A stretch of DNA of 62,233 nucleotides, filler included, from Chiloscyllium plagiosum (lineage: Eukaryota), in NCBI RefSeq assembly GCF_004010195.1. It is 5 parts of one record of this genome, joined end to end, with 100 filler letters (N's around TTAATTAATTAA, not from the genome) between each part and the next. Parts side by side here need not be neighbours in the genome. Positions count along the whole stretch, not along the records: positions 21,378 to 31,491 come from NC_057711.1; positions 31,592 to 47,530 come from NC_057711.1; 3 more parts are not named here. One strand, written 5' to 3'. A model generated the notes under the pieces. The model had not been told where the DNA came from. It ran no database searches and saw nothing but the letters and a program-made list of their open reading frames with translations. Positions 25,528 to 39,205 of the stretch are shown piece after piece (the first letter of the stretch is position 1; each line of letters starts with the position of its first letter). The translations under genes and the position numbers were made by a program.

Positions 25528-25858
25528 ACAAATACTGTGCACAGTTTTGGGCCCCTTATCCAAGGAAAGATCTACTGGCATTGGAACCCATCTATAGAAG
25601 GTTCGTTAGGTTGATCCGAGTTGACTCCTATGTAACGAGTGTCTTGTGAGAAGAGGTTGAGTAGGTGGGGGCCTATACTCACTCATTGGACTTTAGAAAA
25701 ATAGGAAGTGACTTTATTAACACACATACCATTATTAGGGCATTGACAGGGTTGATGCAGAGAGATTGTTTTCCACTGGAGAGAGTCTAAGACCAGAGGG
25801 CATACCTGAGTAAGGGGCCACTCAGAACAGATATGAGGAATTTCTTCTCTGGGTAGTG
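25528..25858 (+). mobile_element. CR1 3' fragment
   Basis: YCAQFWAPYPRKDLLALE; gagtctaagaccagagggcat (ESKTRGH). Confidence 0.75.
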
Positions 25859-25859
25859 A

Positions 25860-26195
25860 ATCATAGAATCCCTACAGTGTGGAAGCAGGCCATTCAGCCC
25901 ATCAATTCCACACTGACCCTCCAAAGAGCACCCCACCTTGATCCATCCCCCTACTCTGTCGCTGTAACTTTGCATTTTTCTTGGCTAACTGACCTATCCT
26001 GCACATCCTTGGACACTATGGGCAATTTAACATAGACAATCTATCTAACCTGCACATCTTTGGACTGTGAGAAAACCCACGCTGACATGAAGAGAATGTG
26101 CAAACTTTATACAGTCACTGGCCTGAGTGTGGAATCAAATCCGGGTCTCTGGTACTGTGAGGCAACAGTGCTGACCACCGAACCACCATGCCACC
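25860..26195 (-). mobile_element. HE1-type SINE (older copy)
   Basis: cctgcacatctttggactgtg core and tRNA-like head in reverse orientation. Confidence 0.8.
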
Positions 26196-28572
26196 AAGCA
26201 AATGACTAAGGCTCCTTTAGGCAGCACCTTCCAAACTATCAAACACTATTATCTAGAACCACAAGGGCAGCAAATACATGGGAATAACTCCATGTGCACA
26301 TTCCCCTGAAAGCCACTCACCACCCTGATTTGGAAATATACGGTCATTCCTTCAATGTCACTGAGTCAAAATCCTGGAACTTTGTCTGTAAGAGCTTCAA
26401 GGGAGTACTGAGGGCAACTAGGGATGTGCAATAGATGCTGTCCCAGTCAGCAAATCCTACATTCTCTGAATAAGTTATAAAAGCTGAATACTTTTGACTT
26501 TTTGGAAGGTATCAAGCTCATCATGGAAGTAGGTGCTTCAAGACTGGATGAAATAGGAAGCAATAAAATAAGTGTAGAAGGAGCAGGTTAAAAGAATGGG
26601 CCTCTCGAGCTTTGGGGTGGGAGAGAGAATTGGCTTCTCAGGTTTTGAGGAACCTGACAATCCTGACCATCTGCAAAGGAGCTGAGGTCTATCACAGTCC
26701 TTGGTATCATGGCTTGATATTCAGTAGCATGGGCAAGGTCCGTGGCAGATAATAGAGAGAACCAAAGTTCACATTTGGTCTCTAGTAGGAAAAGGTCATC
26801 ATCAACAACTCTGATGACAATGTTTGGGTTGGAAGCTTAGGGGAAAATAGTTCAGAGTGAGGGAGGGCAGAGTTTGCAATCATTGATGTCATGCAATAGT
26901 TCTCAGTGAAAAGATTTGGAAAGGCATGGAGATCAGGAGGAGGAATCCAGATGAAGGAAGAGTACTAAAAATGAATACACTGACCTGGGAATGGCCTCCT
27001 TGCGAAAGAAGTAGAAGCAGTGATGTGGATGATGGAAGAAGTACGTAGTGGTTAGCTCAAAATTCATTGAAGGATATTGTAAGGAGACTTTGTTTTGTTC
27101 TGCATGTTCACTTTCTAGAAGTGGTTTAATGAAAATAAAAAACAAAACACATTTCAATATTTTGCACTCTTAATACCAAGCATAACAACCAAAATACCTT
27201 TGTAAATCACCTATGACATAGTGCATCCAAAGGTACAACATGATTGTCAAATCTGATGAAAATGATCTCTGAAGGCACAAAGGAGATATTAGGAAGGTTA
27301 ACTAAAAGCCTTGTTCTAAAAAGCTGTGTTATGTGAGTTACTTGTAGGTGCGAATGGATTTCAAAATGTGGAGTCTTATAGGTGGTAGCGTGACCATCAT
27401 TGGTGAGCTGAAGGAAGGAGGAAAGTGCCTGTGACCAGGCAATTAATAGGGTTTGAGCAACAAAACTTTCGGTGAACTGATGATCATGCAGTATGGAAGT
27501 TGAGGGCAAGCCTGGAAAGTTGGAATAGTTTAACAATTAAGTGATAAAGGCCAGGAAAGAGGACTTCCAGTGGGTAACGGGTTTGGTTGGACAAGAGGCA
27601 GTAAAGCATTTGGAACTTGCCTCATTATCAAATAGAATGTTGAGATTGTAAATGGTTTGGTTTAATCTGAGTGTAATCAGGAGGTGCACTGAATGAGTGG
27701 AAAAGGTTTATTGTGGGAGTTTGCACTTATTGGCTTTCAACCTCAGTGTTTAGCTGGAAGAAACTGTTTTGTCCAAGACTGAAGTTTGAACAAGAGGTCT
27801 TAACTACATGAAAACTAGAGGAAGCAAGAGAGGTAATGAAGGCATTCAGCTTGGTGGTGTCAATGTATGTGTAAAAACTGAACCTCTTTATACATTGTCA
27901 CTAAGCGACAGTGTCTTAAGTGCCAAAGCTGATGCTGAAAGCATAGAAAGATCAAAACTTGCAAGGAAATTTAACATATTAAGCATCTTCCTTTCACGGA
28001 TCATGTATATTTCTTTTCTATCCTAATTATTGTTTCCAGATTGAAAGTGTGCATCATAACTTCAGCTGCATAATGATAGGCTATCAGGCATTCAACTTAA
28101 ATCACAGTTCTAAATGGAGTTACTTCTGTGTATGAAACACAGTGCAATTGGGGTATGAAGGTACTTTTTTTTGGCAAATGTCAACCATCAAATACTTAGG
28201 CAAATTGACAACAAATGAGGGAGAGTGAATTGGGAAAGGAAGATTATTCTGAAGCTGTGAAACTTGTTTAATCCACTGTGAAGGCATTTACTTCAATAAC
28301 AGTTTGTGTTTATGTAGCATGTTTAACCTAATAAAACATCCAAACACATTTAACAGGATAGTTATCAAGCATAATTTCACACTGAGAGACATAGAGTCAT
28401 ACACTGCACCTTACAAATCCCGTTGTCCAGCCTGATTCTTTGCCACCCCCCCACCCCGCTCTTTGACCCCTCCCGACCAACACTTCTGCTCGCTCTTTCC
28501 CCTGCTGCCGTTGCATCTGCTGATCCTTGCTCCTGACTGCTGACCATCAAATATTTCTGAAAAAGACCCATT

Positions 28573-28608
28573 TTGTCAAAGCTTTTTGTATTGTACTCAT
28601 CAGGACAA
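28573..28608 (-). ncRNA. Decayed minimal hammerhead motif
   Basis: Reverse complement ttgtc-CTGATGA-gt(acaat)ac-AAAA-agct-TT-gacaa. Stem I is intact; the GAAA core looks lost by CpG decay. Confidence 0.45.
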
Positions 28609-31077
28609 TTTGCAATCATACCAACATAAGGGAAAACAAATATGTACTGTATGAGAGGAGTGTTGATTGGTTGCCAAGTGAATTCTGGCAGAGCTGTTGC
28701 CATGGAGAACGCACCAGGTGGATGAAGACTGACAGTTAACTGCCAAGGTCTGTTCAAATTTTAAGCGAGCTCGGCTGCTTCTGATTAAGACATTGCCCTA
28801 AAAAATGAGCCAGAGAATGACTATCAACTATTTTGTTAAGTTGAAACAGGTGGTGTGTATGTGCGTGTTCTTTCTGTTTGCAAACAGAATCCTGTTTGTT
28901 AATATATGTAACCTCCACTGTTTGCAAGAGTACCACACAATGAGCCTAACAACTGATCCTAAATTGGATATCAACATACTTTTTCTCACACTTGGTATTA
29001 TTTAGCAAGTATTGCCCAGTCATGCAATTAGATCCATTGTTGGAGAGTGGATTTTGAGTTTTGTATGCATAGACTAGTTGGATTTAGGCAGCACCTTGCT
29101 TGGTACAAAGAACTGATGGGGTAGGCTGTTTGGTATGATTTTTCCAATCTTAGGGATGCATAGTCCATGTAATTGGTATCACTCTGTCACTGAAATTCAA
29201 ATAGCACATTAATTATTGGTGTGATAGGATGTCTTTTTGGCTTGACAACAGCATTGTGGTGTTTGGAGTGAACACCACTTTTCTTGTTACTGCAAATTAG
29301 CAGTTTGAAACAGTAATTCAAGACAAGAGCTACCAACCAATGATGACGGAAATCTTGAATTTATTCCTCCGAAAAGCTGGGGTAAGCTGGGCATTGTTTG
29401 GAGCTTTCAAAGTTTTGATAGATGGAATTTTGTTGGCTAAAGATACATAGATACTTAACAAATGGATTTAGTATAGATCAACCATAATCTAATTGAATCA
29501 GGGAGCAGCTCTGACTGCGGCCACTTAAATTCTTAACAGGATTCACATCTAAATACTAATCTATTGTTTAGGTCAAAGCAGATATTTGTTAACTCTGCTG
29601 TATTTTGTAGCAATGCTGTCATACCATTTTCAGTATTGGGACCCATTAATAATAACTAAAGTCATGCAAAAATGCATCAATGGTTTGCTGTTATGCCTTC
29701 TTGGATTTAAGCAACAATTCTGAGAAAACAGAGGTCTTTCAGATCCAGATGGACAGCAAAATCCATAGTTAAGATGCACATAGTCTACAGAGACTACTCT
29801 GAAAAATAGACCTCTCTATATTTGCCAACAGGCAATAGCAGTTGGACTGGAATTGAAAACTCTCAAGATTTCACAATTGGTGCAACATGTTATGAAAATA
29901 AATCTCTCAACATTTAACTCATGGATATTTGAAAACTTACTTATGGCTGTTACTTTGTCAAACGTAGGCATATCGGTCTGCTTTGAGCCTTGATTTTAAT
30001 GTAACTGCCATTAAACTTTCATTAAAAATGCATGCCGTAGGCTTGTAAAGTTGGTTAAATACTTGGTTATTTTAAAAAAAAGTTCAATTATTCTGTATAA
30101 AGAGAAAAAGATGATGTCAATGCTGTACTTGTGTTTGTTAAATAAACCAGAAGTTGAAATTGTTACCTACGACTCATTGTGCAATAGTCATTGAGGAACT
30201 GCAAAATATTTGCATCATTTAAATAACTTAAGACGTTCTTATTAACTGAATGTTTTCTCCTTTTTGTTTAAAATGATTTGGCACATTCTGCAATGATTGC
30301 GTGATTGGTAATAAGTGAACCAGTTACTATAATTACCTTTGTTTTTAAAAGTTCAAAATAGCCACTTAGCTTTTACATACCACTGGTCAGCTCAGCCCAA
30401 ATTTTGCATTCTTACAAGATCATCAGACTGCTGTTATTTATATTTATAATTGTAACATCTGTCTATTAAAATGTCTTGCTCATCGTGTATGTTATTGGTC
30501 ACAAGCTTTATTTTACATCTTACATTTTCAGTCAGACTACTTTATATTTAAACTGCCAATTTGAGTTCAGTTTACTTTAAACATCACTGTTTGTACACTG
30601 GTGATATTAAGTTACCACAAAAGTTGTTGGATTGTCATAAAGACCTAACTGTCCTCAAGGGAAAGGAAATTGCCTGCTGTACATAGTCTGGCCTACATGT
30701 GACTTCTCTTCCACATTCATGGACTCTTAATACTTTAATGCTGCTCAGGGATGGGAAGTAAAAATGACCTTGTCAATGTTGACCACATCCTGGAGAACAG
30801 TGTTTAAAAAAAAAATATTGAACATGGGAAAGGGAAATTTTATAACAGATTGCGGTAGGTAGCTTTTTTAATGGTCTAACTGTGGTATTTATTATATAGA
30901 TTTCAATAAAGTCTGCCCATATTTCTGTTAATCGTTGTTACTTTTGTAGCTACTATGTCAAGTTCAAGCTATTAACCCTCCTTATTCCATGCCTCAAGCT
31001 TGTCTTCCTTAATCTGCTTCCAACTTCCCTACTTCCACCTTTGATGAATGGCTAATCATTCAGAATGCAACTGACTT

Positions 31078-32190
31078 GAGTCATAGAGATGTACAGCATG
31101 GAAACAGATCCTTCGGTCCAACCTATCCATGCCGACCAGATATCCCAACCCAATCTAGTTCCACCTGCCAGCATCCGGTCCATATCCCTCCAAACCCTTC
31201 CTATTCATATACCCATCCAAATGCCTCTTAAATGTTGCAATTGTACCAGCCTCCATCACTTCCTCTGGCAGCTCATTCCATACCCGTACCACCTTCTGCG
31301 TGAAAACATTTGCCCCATAGGTCTATTTTATATCTTTCCCCTCTCACCCTAAACCTATGCCCTCTAGTTCTGGACTCCCCAATCCCAGGGAAAAGACTTT
31401 GCCTATTTATCCTATCCATGCCCCTCATAATTTTGTAAACCTCTATAAGGTCACCCCTCAGTCTCCGACGCTCCAGGGAAAACAGCCCCAGNNNNNNNNN
31501 NNNNNNNNNNNNNNNNNNNNNNNNNNNNNNNNNNNTTAATTAATTAANNNNNNNNNNNNNNNNNNNNNNNNNNNNNNNNNNNNNNNNNNNNACTCGATCT
31601 ATCCTGTCTATACCTGACATATGCTTCCTTCTTTTTCTTAACCTAACCTTCAATTTCTTTAGTCATCCAGCATTCCCTATACCTACCAGCCTTCCCTTTC
31701 ACCCTGACAGAATATACTTTTTCTGGATTCTCGTTATCTCATTTCTGAAGGCTTCCCATTTTCCAGCCGTCCCTTTACCTGCGAACATCTGCTCCCAATC
31801 AGCTTTTGAAAGTTCTTGNNNNNNNNNNNNNNNNNNNNNNNNNNNNNNNNNNNNNNNNNNNNNNNNNNCCAATCAGCTTTCGAAAGTTCTTGCCTAATAT
31901 CGCCAAAATTGGCCTTTCTCCAATTTAGAACTTCACCTTTTAGATCTGGTCTATCCTTTTACATCACTATTTTAAATCTAATAGAATTATCGTCGCTGGC
32001 CCCAAAGTGCTCCCCCACTAACACCTCAGTCACCTGCCCTGACTTATTTCCCAAGAGTAGGCCAAGTTTTGCATCTTCTCTAGTAGGTACATCCACATAC
32101 TGAATCAGAAAATTGTCTTGTACACACTTAACAAATTCCTCTGCATCTCAACCTTTCACACCATGGCAGTCCCAGTCTATATTTGGAAAG
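31078..32190 (-). mobile_element. CR1 LINE spanning a linker (3' end on the left, endonuclease-side sequence on the right)
   Basis: (gagtcata) tail at 31078 and strong similarity to 55777-56200. The right part reads as a CR1 ORF2 N-terminal region on the same strand. Confidence 0.8.
31492..31591. other. Artificial 100-bp linker
   Basis: N44-TTAATTAATTAA-N44. Confidence 0.97.
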
Positions 32191-33066
32191 TTAACCCTTA
32201 CCTGCTCTTAGCAATGGCTGCTTCACAGCAGGCTCCACATCTTATGTCAACTTTTCATCCTTGCTCTGACTTTCAGCTGTCACCACATCATTATCTAAGC
32301 CAACCTTACTGAAATTTTGTTTTAGGGCCTGTCAAAATGCAATTTACTGTTTAATCAAATGCTCCCACTGGAATCAAATCGCTGCTCTAACTCAAGTCCA
32401 AAATCGATGTATTAGTATTACTGTGACAATTAGCTTTAGCATAGTTGATACTTTAATTCGCACCACATTGTTACATTCTTCTTGAAGCCTTCTACTGTTT
32501 TTAACTGGTGTGTTAGCAATTTGATAAAAGTAGTTGAATTGTGTGCTGTACTGTTGTATAATTTAGCAAATTGCAGACGTATTCTGGTAAAGTTACTGAT
32601 TGTGTCCTGCTGGAGGTGAGTCTTATCTGACAGTGTGTCCTAAAGGTTTTAGATGTGTATTTCAAATACCTATCCACCCATTTGGAACTATTTTAAAACC
32701 ATTTTGCACAAGATTGAAGTCTGTCACAAACAGTCAAATCACTCAATGGAAACAATTTTAAAGATGAGTTTCCCAATTTTATTCTTAATGTAATTTGAAG
32801 ATTTAGTACGTGAATTATGTCTGTCTGAAATTATCCTCAAATTATCATAATGGTAAAGCCCTGTTGTTCATATGTTCGCTCTTCACGGTTACACTTAACC
32901 GTACAAAGTAGTCTATGCATCATATCGTTCATTGTGTTGTCAATGTTGGTTTACTTGTGACTATTATAGGATGCAATATTGCACATGGGGAGGTTTCAGA
33001 TTATTCACATTATTTTGACTTTAAGATCAAGTTATTAGTGCAGATATCCAAGCAAGTCAGTAAAAA

Positions 33067-33393
33067 GGCAGAACGATGACTCAATGGTTAGCGTTGCTGC
33101 CTCACAGCGCCAGGGACCCAGGTTCAAATCCCGCCTCAGGCAATTGTCTGTGTGGAGTTTGCACATTCTCCCCGTGTCTGCATGGGTTTCTTCCGGGTGC
33201 TCCGGTTTCCTCCCACAGTCCAAAGGTGTGCAGGTTAGGTGAATTGGTCATGCTAAATTGCCCGTATTGTTAGGTGCATTTGTCAGGGTAATTGTAGGGG
33301 AATGGGTCTGGGGGGGGGGGGGGTTGCTCTTTGGAGGGTCAGTGTGGACTTGTTGGGCCGAAGGGCCTGTTTCCACACTGCAGGGAATCTGAT
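33067..33393 (+). mobile_element. HE1-type SINE
   Basis: tgactcaatggttagc (A box), ggttcaaatccc (B box), central gtttgcacattctccccgtgtctg domain, 3' ggcctgtttccacactg. Confidence 0.9.
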
Positions 33394-34344
33394 TAGAATT
33401 TAAAATTTACATTTTAAACAGATTGCAACAGTATTTGTTGGTCTTTACAATAACCATTCCTGCTGTAAGTGTCCTTAACAGGTAAGACAAGAAAACTATC
33501 AAACATGAAATGAGGTAAAATGGAATAGTAATAAACTGAATATCATTGTATTTACTAAAACAATGCTAGTGGATATCAAAAAATTGCTTGGCTGTAGCCT
33601 ATCCCATGAATCTATATTCTAAAACATATTTACTCATTAATATTACTGTTTGCAATATTCTCTGGGAACGCATTCCCTGCGAAAAGTGGGATTTTATTGT
33701 ACATCACTTCTTGAACTATAATTTGTAATTATAGAATCTACAATTTTAATCTGGAGCAAAAGAAAAATACTACAATACAATTGTGAGATACTTGCATTTC
33801 TGCAATAGACTTTCAAATCTGGATCTGATCATTTCAAAAAATATCTGTAATGTAATTTATTATCATCACAACAATAAATTTTTTATGAGAAGTGATTAAT
33901 CGCTGCCATTTTTACTGCTTCTGGGACTTAATGAAAAACTGAGTTATGTGAGCAGTAAACTGTAACCATTCATTTCTCAAGTGTAATAACTTGTGGGATT
34001 TGTCACGACATGATGACCCACGTTTACTGCCTTAATTGTGATTTAGAACTGGTATATAACAATTCTTAATGATTTTTCTAAACTTAAATATCTTAAATTC
34101 ACCTAATTGTTTTATGAGTATTATTCAAAATATATGTTAAAGTAGAATCCTTGATTGTTAGATGATTGATTGATTTCTGACACCTTATTCGATGTTTGGA
34201 TGGGCATTCTGAGTTAAAAGGTTCTGAAATCATTGCCTAATCCATGACTTGAGAATACTACTCAGTTACTGAGGTGGATGTATGTATCAAGTCTGCTCAG
34301 GTGGACATTAAAGATATAGTGGCAATATTTGAAGAGTTAGACTC

Positions 34345-34655
34345 AGAATCCTTACAGTGGAAACATGCCATTTGGCCCATTGAGTCCACACAGACTCTCT
34401 GAAGAGCATCCCACCCAGACCCACCCTCCTAGCCTATCCCTGTAACCCTGCATTTTCTGTAGCTAACCAGCCTATCCTGCATACCCCTGGGTAACTTAGC
34501 ATGGCAGACCACCTAACATGCACATCTTTGAACTGTGGGAGGAAACCTGAGGAAACTCATACAGACATGGGGAGAAGATGTAAACTCCCTATAGCCAGTC
34601 GCCCGAGGCTGGAATTGGATCTGGATCCCTGGCAATGTCAGCCACCGTGCAGCCC
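34345..34655 (-). mobile_element. HE1-type SINE (decayed)
   Basis: tgcacatctttgaactgtgggaggaaacc core in reverse orientation. Confidence 0.75.
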
Positions 34656-35930
34656 TCAGTTGGGAGTTCTGATGACCTGGCGTTCTCTCAGCAAAAGCCA
34701 CCAGCAGATTAAAGAATTATTCATCTCATCAATATTTATGGGAATTTTTTTGGGAACAAAATGGTCATTGAAGAAGAAAACAATGACCTCACTTTCTGGC
34801 TGTCGAGCACTTTGGCCATCCTTAAGATGTGCGAATACAATAGGATGGAAGTTAACTCACGCTGCTCCTGATTGACATCCTGTGCCTCACATATTCCTGA
34901 AATATGTCCGTCCAGAAATTGAGTAATGATATTTTTAGGTAGCCCGGAAATTCCTGAAAAAGGTCAGGGACCATCATGTAGGCCCATCAGATTTATAAGT
35001 GCATAAAGCACCCAGCTGACTTCATACATGAATTCTAAGCAATCATTTTGGCATAATGAGTGAACTTTGTAAAAAGGCAAGCACTTTTAAAGGAAGATTT
35101 ATGCAAAGAGGGTAGTAGTACTACCCTCTCTAACACTTTGGTATTAATAATTTGCTCATTGCCAGTGAGAGCTATATAAATTCAGGAACGTTATTCACAG
35201 AACAAATCAACTTGACTTCACAGTTATATTCATGACTGTTGTCTAGGTGAAACCAACATCAAATACTTGTTGGGAACTGCATAGTTAGTCATTCTCTCTT
35301 TACAACCTATTTATAAGCTGAGTTATTGGAAGAACAGAAAGAAGAACAACAGAAATGCTTACAGAATTAACTCCACGGAAGTAACTGAAAGATATGTCTT
35401 GTTTGGAAATATTTAAACAACTCATTGATGCGTAAATTCCTTATTTTTGTAACCCGTGGCCTATTCTGTTGTTTTACTGAGATTGATACTTTATTCTTTG
35501 CTGTTATGGTCTGATATTATTTCCCTTATTATTATCTTTTCTGTTATCTTATTTCAATGCCTTGCATTTCCCACCTCTTCCCAAATTTGATCCCTTGCCC
35601 CACACTATTTAGTTTATTTAGTTTACATCTCCTTTGACTTCCCTTGTTACCTCGCTCCCGAGAGCATCAGGCCCAGCATAGTTCAGGTGTGGACTATCCC
35701 AAAGGTGCACCCATTCTGGGTGCGAGTTGCCCAAGAACTGGAACCCACTTTTCCCACACCTGCCTTGGAGCCACCATTATCGTTATCGTTTTTACTATAT
35801 GCTAATTTGTTTGCGGCTCACGTAATAATCTAGAAATTATTACATTTGTGGTTCTGTTTAATTTGGTTTCTAACTCTTGATATTGACTATACAGGATCTC
35901 TTGTTTTTCCTTTGTCAATGGTACCTACAT

Positions 35931-38900
35931 TGGGAAGTGGGTGTCGCAGGCTGGCCAGCATTTATTACCTGTCTCTAGTTGCCCTTGAGAATGTGATGGT
36001 AAGCTGCATACTTGAACTGCTGAAGTCCATGTGCTGTGGATTGGCCAACAATGTTGGTAGGGAGGGAACTGCAGCATTTTGACTCAGGGAAGATGAATAA
36101 ATGGCGATATATTTCCAAGTCAGGATGGTGAGTGGCTTGGAGAGAACTTACAAGTGGTGGTTTTCCCATTTTTCTGCTGTCCTTGTCCTTCCAGATAGAA
36201 GTGATTGTGGGTTTGGAAGATGTTGTCTAAGGATCTTTGTGAATTTCTGCAGTGCATCATGTAGATAGTACACACTGCTGCTACTGAGTTTCGATAGTGG
36301 AGGGAATGGATGTCTGTGGATGCAGTGCCAATTAATCAGGCTGCTTTGTCCTGGATGGTGTCAAGCTTCTTGACTGTTGGAGCTGCACCCATCCAGGCAA
36401 TTGAGGAGCATTCCATCATACTCCTGACTTGTACCTTATAAATTATGGACAGGCTTTGAGGAGTGAGGAGGTGAATTACCAGCCACAGTATTCGTGGTCT
36501 CTGACCTGCTCTTGTAGCCACTGTGTTTATTTAGCGAGTCTAGTTGAGTTTCTAGTCAATGGTTATGCCAAGGATGTTGGTAGTGGGGATTCAGTGACAG
36601 TAACACCAATGAATGTTCGGGTTGCTGGTTAGGTTGTCTTTTACTGGTGATAGTCAAAGCCTGGCATTTGTGTGGCACGAATGTTACTTGCCACTCGTCA
36701 GCCCAAGCCTGGATATTCTCCAGGTATTGTTGCAATTGGCATGGACTACTTCAGTATCTGAAGAATCACAAATGGTGCTGAACAATGTGCGATCATCTGC
36801 AAACATCCCCACTTCTGACTTTACGATAGAAGGAAGGTCATTGATGAAGCAGCTGAAGATGGTTGCGTGTAGGACGCTAACCTGAGGAACTCGTGCAGAG
36901 ATGTTCTGGAACTGAGATGACTGAGCTCTAACAATCACAACCATTTTCTATGTGCAAGGTATGACTCCAACCAATTTGCCTCTGATTCCCATTTATTTTA
37001 GTTTTGCTAGGGCTCCTTGATGCCACACTTATTGGAATATGGACTTAATGTTAAAGGCTGTCACTACCATCTCACCTCTGGATTTGAGCTGTTTTGTCCA
37101 TGTTTGAAACAAGGCTGTAATGAGGTCAGAAACTGAGCTGCCCTGGTGGAACCCAAACTGGGTGTCATGAACAGGTTATTGCTGAGCAGATGCTGCTTGA
37201 TAGCACTGTTGACAACACCTTTTATTGCTTTATTGATGATCGAGAGTAGGCTGATAGGGTGTTAATTGGCCATGTTGGATTTGTCCTTCTTTTTGTGTAC
37301 GGGGCACATGTGGGGCAATTTTCTAAATTATCTGGTAGATGCCAGTGTTGCAACTATACTGGAAGAGCTTAATTAGGGGAGTGACATGTTCTGGAGCACA
37401 AGTCTTCAGTACCATTTCCTTGGAATGTTGTCAAGGCTCATTATCTTTGCAGTATCCAGTATTGCCAATAATTTCTTGATATCACGTGGAATGAATCAAA
37501 TTGGCTGAGGACTGGTATCTGTGATGCTGGGGACCGCTGAAGGAAGCTGAGATCGGTTACCCACTCGGCACTTCTGGCTGAACATTACTGCGAATGCTTC
37601 TGCCTCATCTTTTGCACTGATCTGTCGGGCTCTTCCATCATTGGTGATGGGGATATTTGTGGAGCCTCCTCATCCAGCTTAATTGTTCACCACCACTCAC
37701 ATCTCGATTTGGCAGAACTGATGAGCTTGGATCTGATCCATTGGTTGTGGGATTGATTAGTTGATAGCTTCACCAGATTGACACCTCATTTTTAGATATG
37801 CCTGGTTCTGCTCTTGACATGCCCTCCTGCACTCCCAGTTGAACCGGGGTTGATCCTCTGGCTTGATGGTCATGGTTTGGGAGGGGAAGGTATGCCGGGC
37901 CAGTGAGATTACAAGATTATAAAATAAAAACTAAAAGAACTGCAGATGCTGGAAATCAGAAACAAAAACAGAAATTGCTGGAAAAGCTCAGTAGGTCTGG
38001 CAGCATTCGTGGAGAGAAATCAGAGTTAAAGTTTCAGATCGAGTAATCCTTCCTCAGAACTCTGAGGTTACAGATGATGTTGGAATGTAATTCTGCTGCT
38101 GTTGATAACCCACAACACCTCATGCTCGCCCAGTCTTGTGTTGCTAGATCTGCTCGAAGTCTGTCCCATTTCGCATAGTGATAGTGCCATGCAACACAAT
38201 GGAGGTTATTCTCAAATTGCAGGTGAGACATTGTCTCCACAAGGACTATACAATGATCACTTTTACCAGTACTGTCATGGGCAGATGCATCTGCAACTAA
38301 CAGATTGGTAAGTCTTGCAGTTATCTCCTTTGCAACCCAAACACGTTGATCAATAATATCTGCTGCCGAGCCACTGTTGGTGGTGGACATTAAAATCCCC
38401 CACCCAGAATACATTTTGTGCCCTTGCCAACCTCCATGCTTCCTCCAAATGTTGTTCAATATGGAAAAGTACTGATTCATTAGCCAAGGGAGAATGGTAC
38501 ATGGTAATCAGCAGGAGGCTTCCTTGCCCATGTTTAATCTGAAGCCACAAGCCTTCATAGTTCCAGAGTCAAAGTTGAGGATCCCAAAGCAATTCGGTCC
38601 CGACTGTATACGACTGTGCCGTCACCTCTGCTGGGTCTGTCCTACTGTTGGGACAGGACGTATCCAGGGATGGTGATGGTGATGTCTGGAACATGGTCAT
38701 ACTCTCAGAATAATACCTTACAGACAATGTCGGGCTGTTGCTTGACTTGTTTGTGAGACAGCTTTCCTAATTTTGGCTCTAGATGTTAGTATGGAAAACT
38801 TTGCAGGATTGACAGGACTATTACTGCTGTTGTCTTTTTCTGGTGCCTAGATCGATGCCGGGTGGTCTGTCAGTTTTGGTTCTTTGTTGAGACTTTGTGC

Positions 38901-39205
38901 GATTGATATAAATGAGTGACTTGCTAAGCCATTTCAGAGAAACATTGAAAGTCAACCACATTGCTGTGGCTCTGGAGTTACATATAAACCAGATAAGGTG
39001 AGGTTGGCAAATTTCTTTTCCTTAAGTACATTGGTTTTGCTAACAATTCACAATGGTTTCATGGTCATCAGTAGATTCTTGATTACAGATTATTTTTATT
39101 TAATTCATATTCCACCGACTGTCTTGGCAGGATTCGAACTCTGGTCCCACTGGTTAAGTTTCTGGATTAATGATCTAGCGATAAAACCATGAGGCCATTG
39201 CCTCC
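35931..39205 (-). mobile_element. Near full-length, decayed CR1-group LINE (APE endonuclease + RT, no ORF1 seen) with tRNA-like 5' head
   Basis: Peptides QQPDIV, VFWVGDFNVHHQQWLG, GKSDHCIVLVE, VPQVSVL..TIFSCFINDLP, MFADD, IYKVQVRSMMEC. A box tggcctcatgg (39187-39197) and B box gagttcgaatcc (39130-39141) on the minus strand. Confidence 0.85.
37921..38064 (-). mobile_element. Penelope-like 3' fragment with hammerhead motif (38021-38064), nested in the LINE
   Basis: Reverse complement cagagtt-CTGAGGA-a-ggat(tactcg)atct-GAAA-ct-TT-aactctg with a perfect 7-bp stem I. Imperfect TSD tgag(a/g)ttaca. Confidence 0.7.

Noticed and set aside
31795..31892. 24-bp direct repeat flanking a 50-N gap
   Set aside because: Most likely overlapping contig ends (one mismatch) within a CR1, not a TSD.
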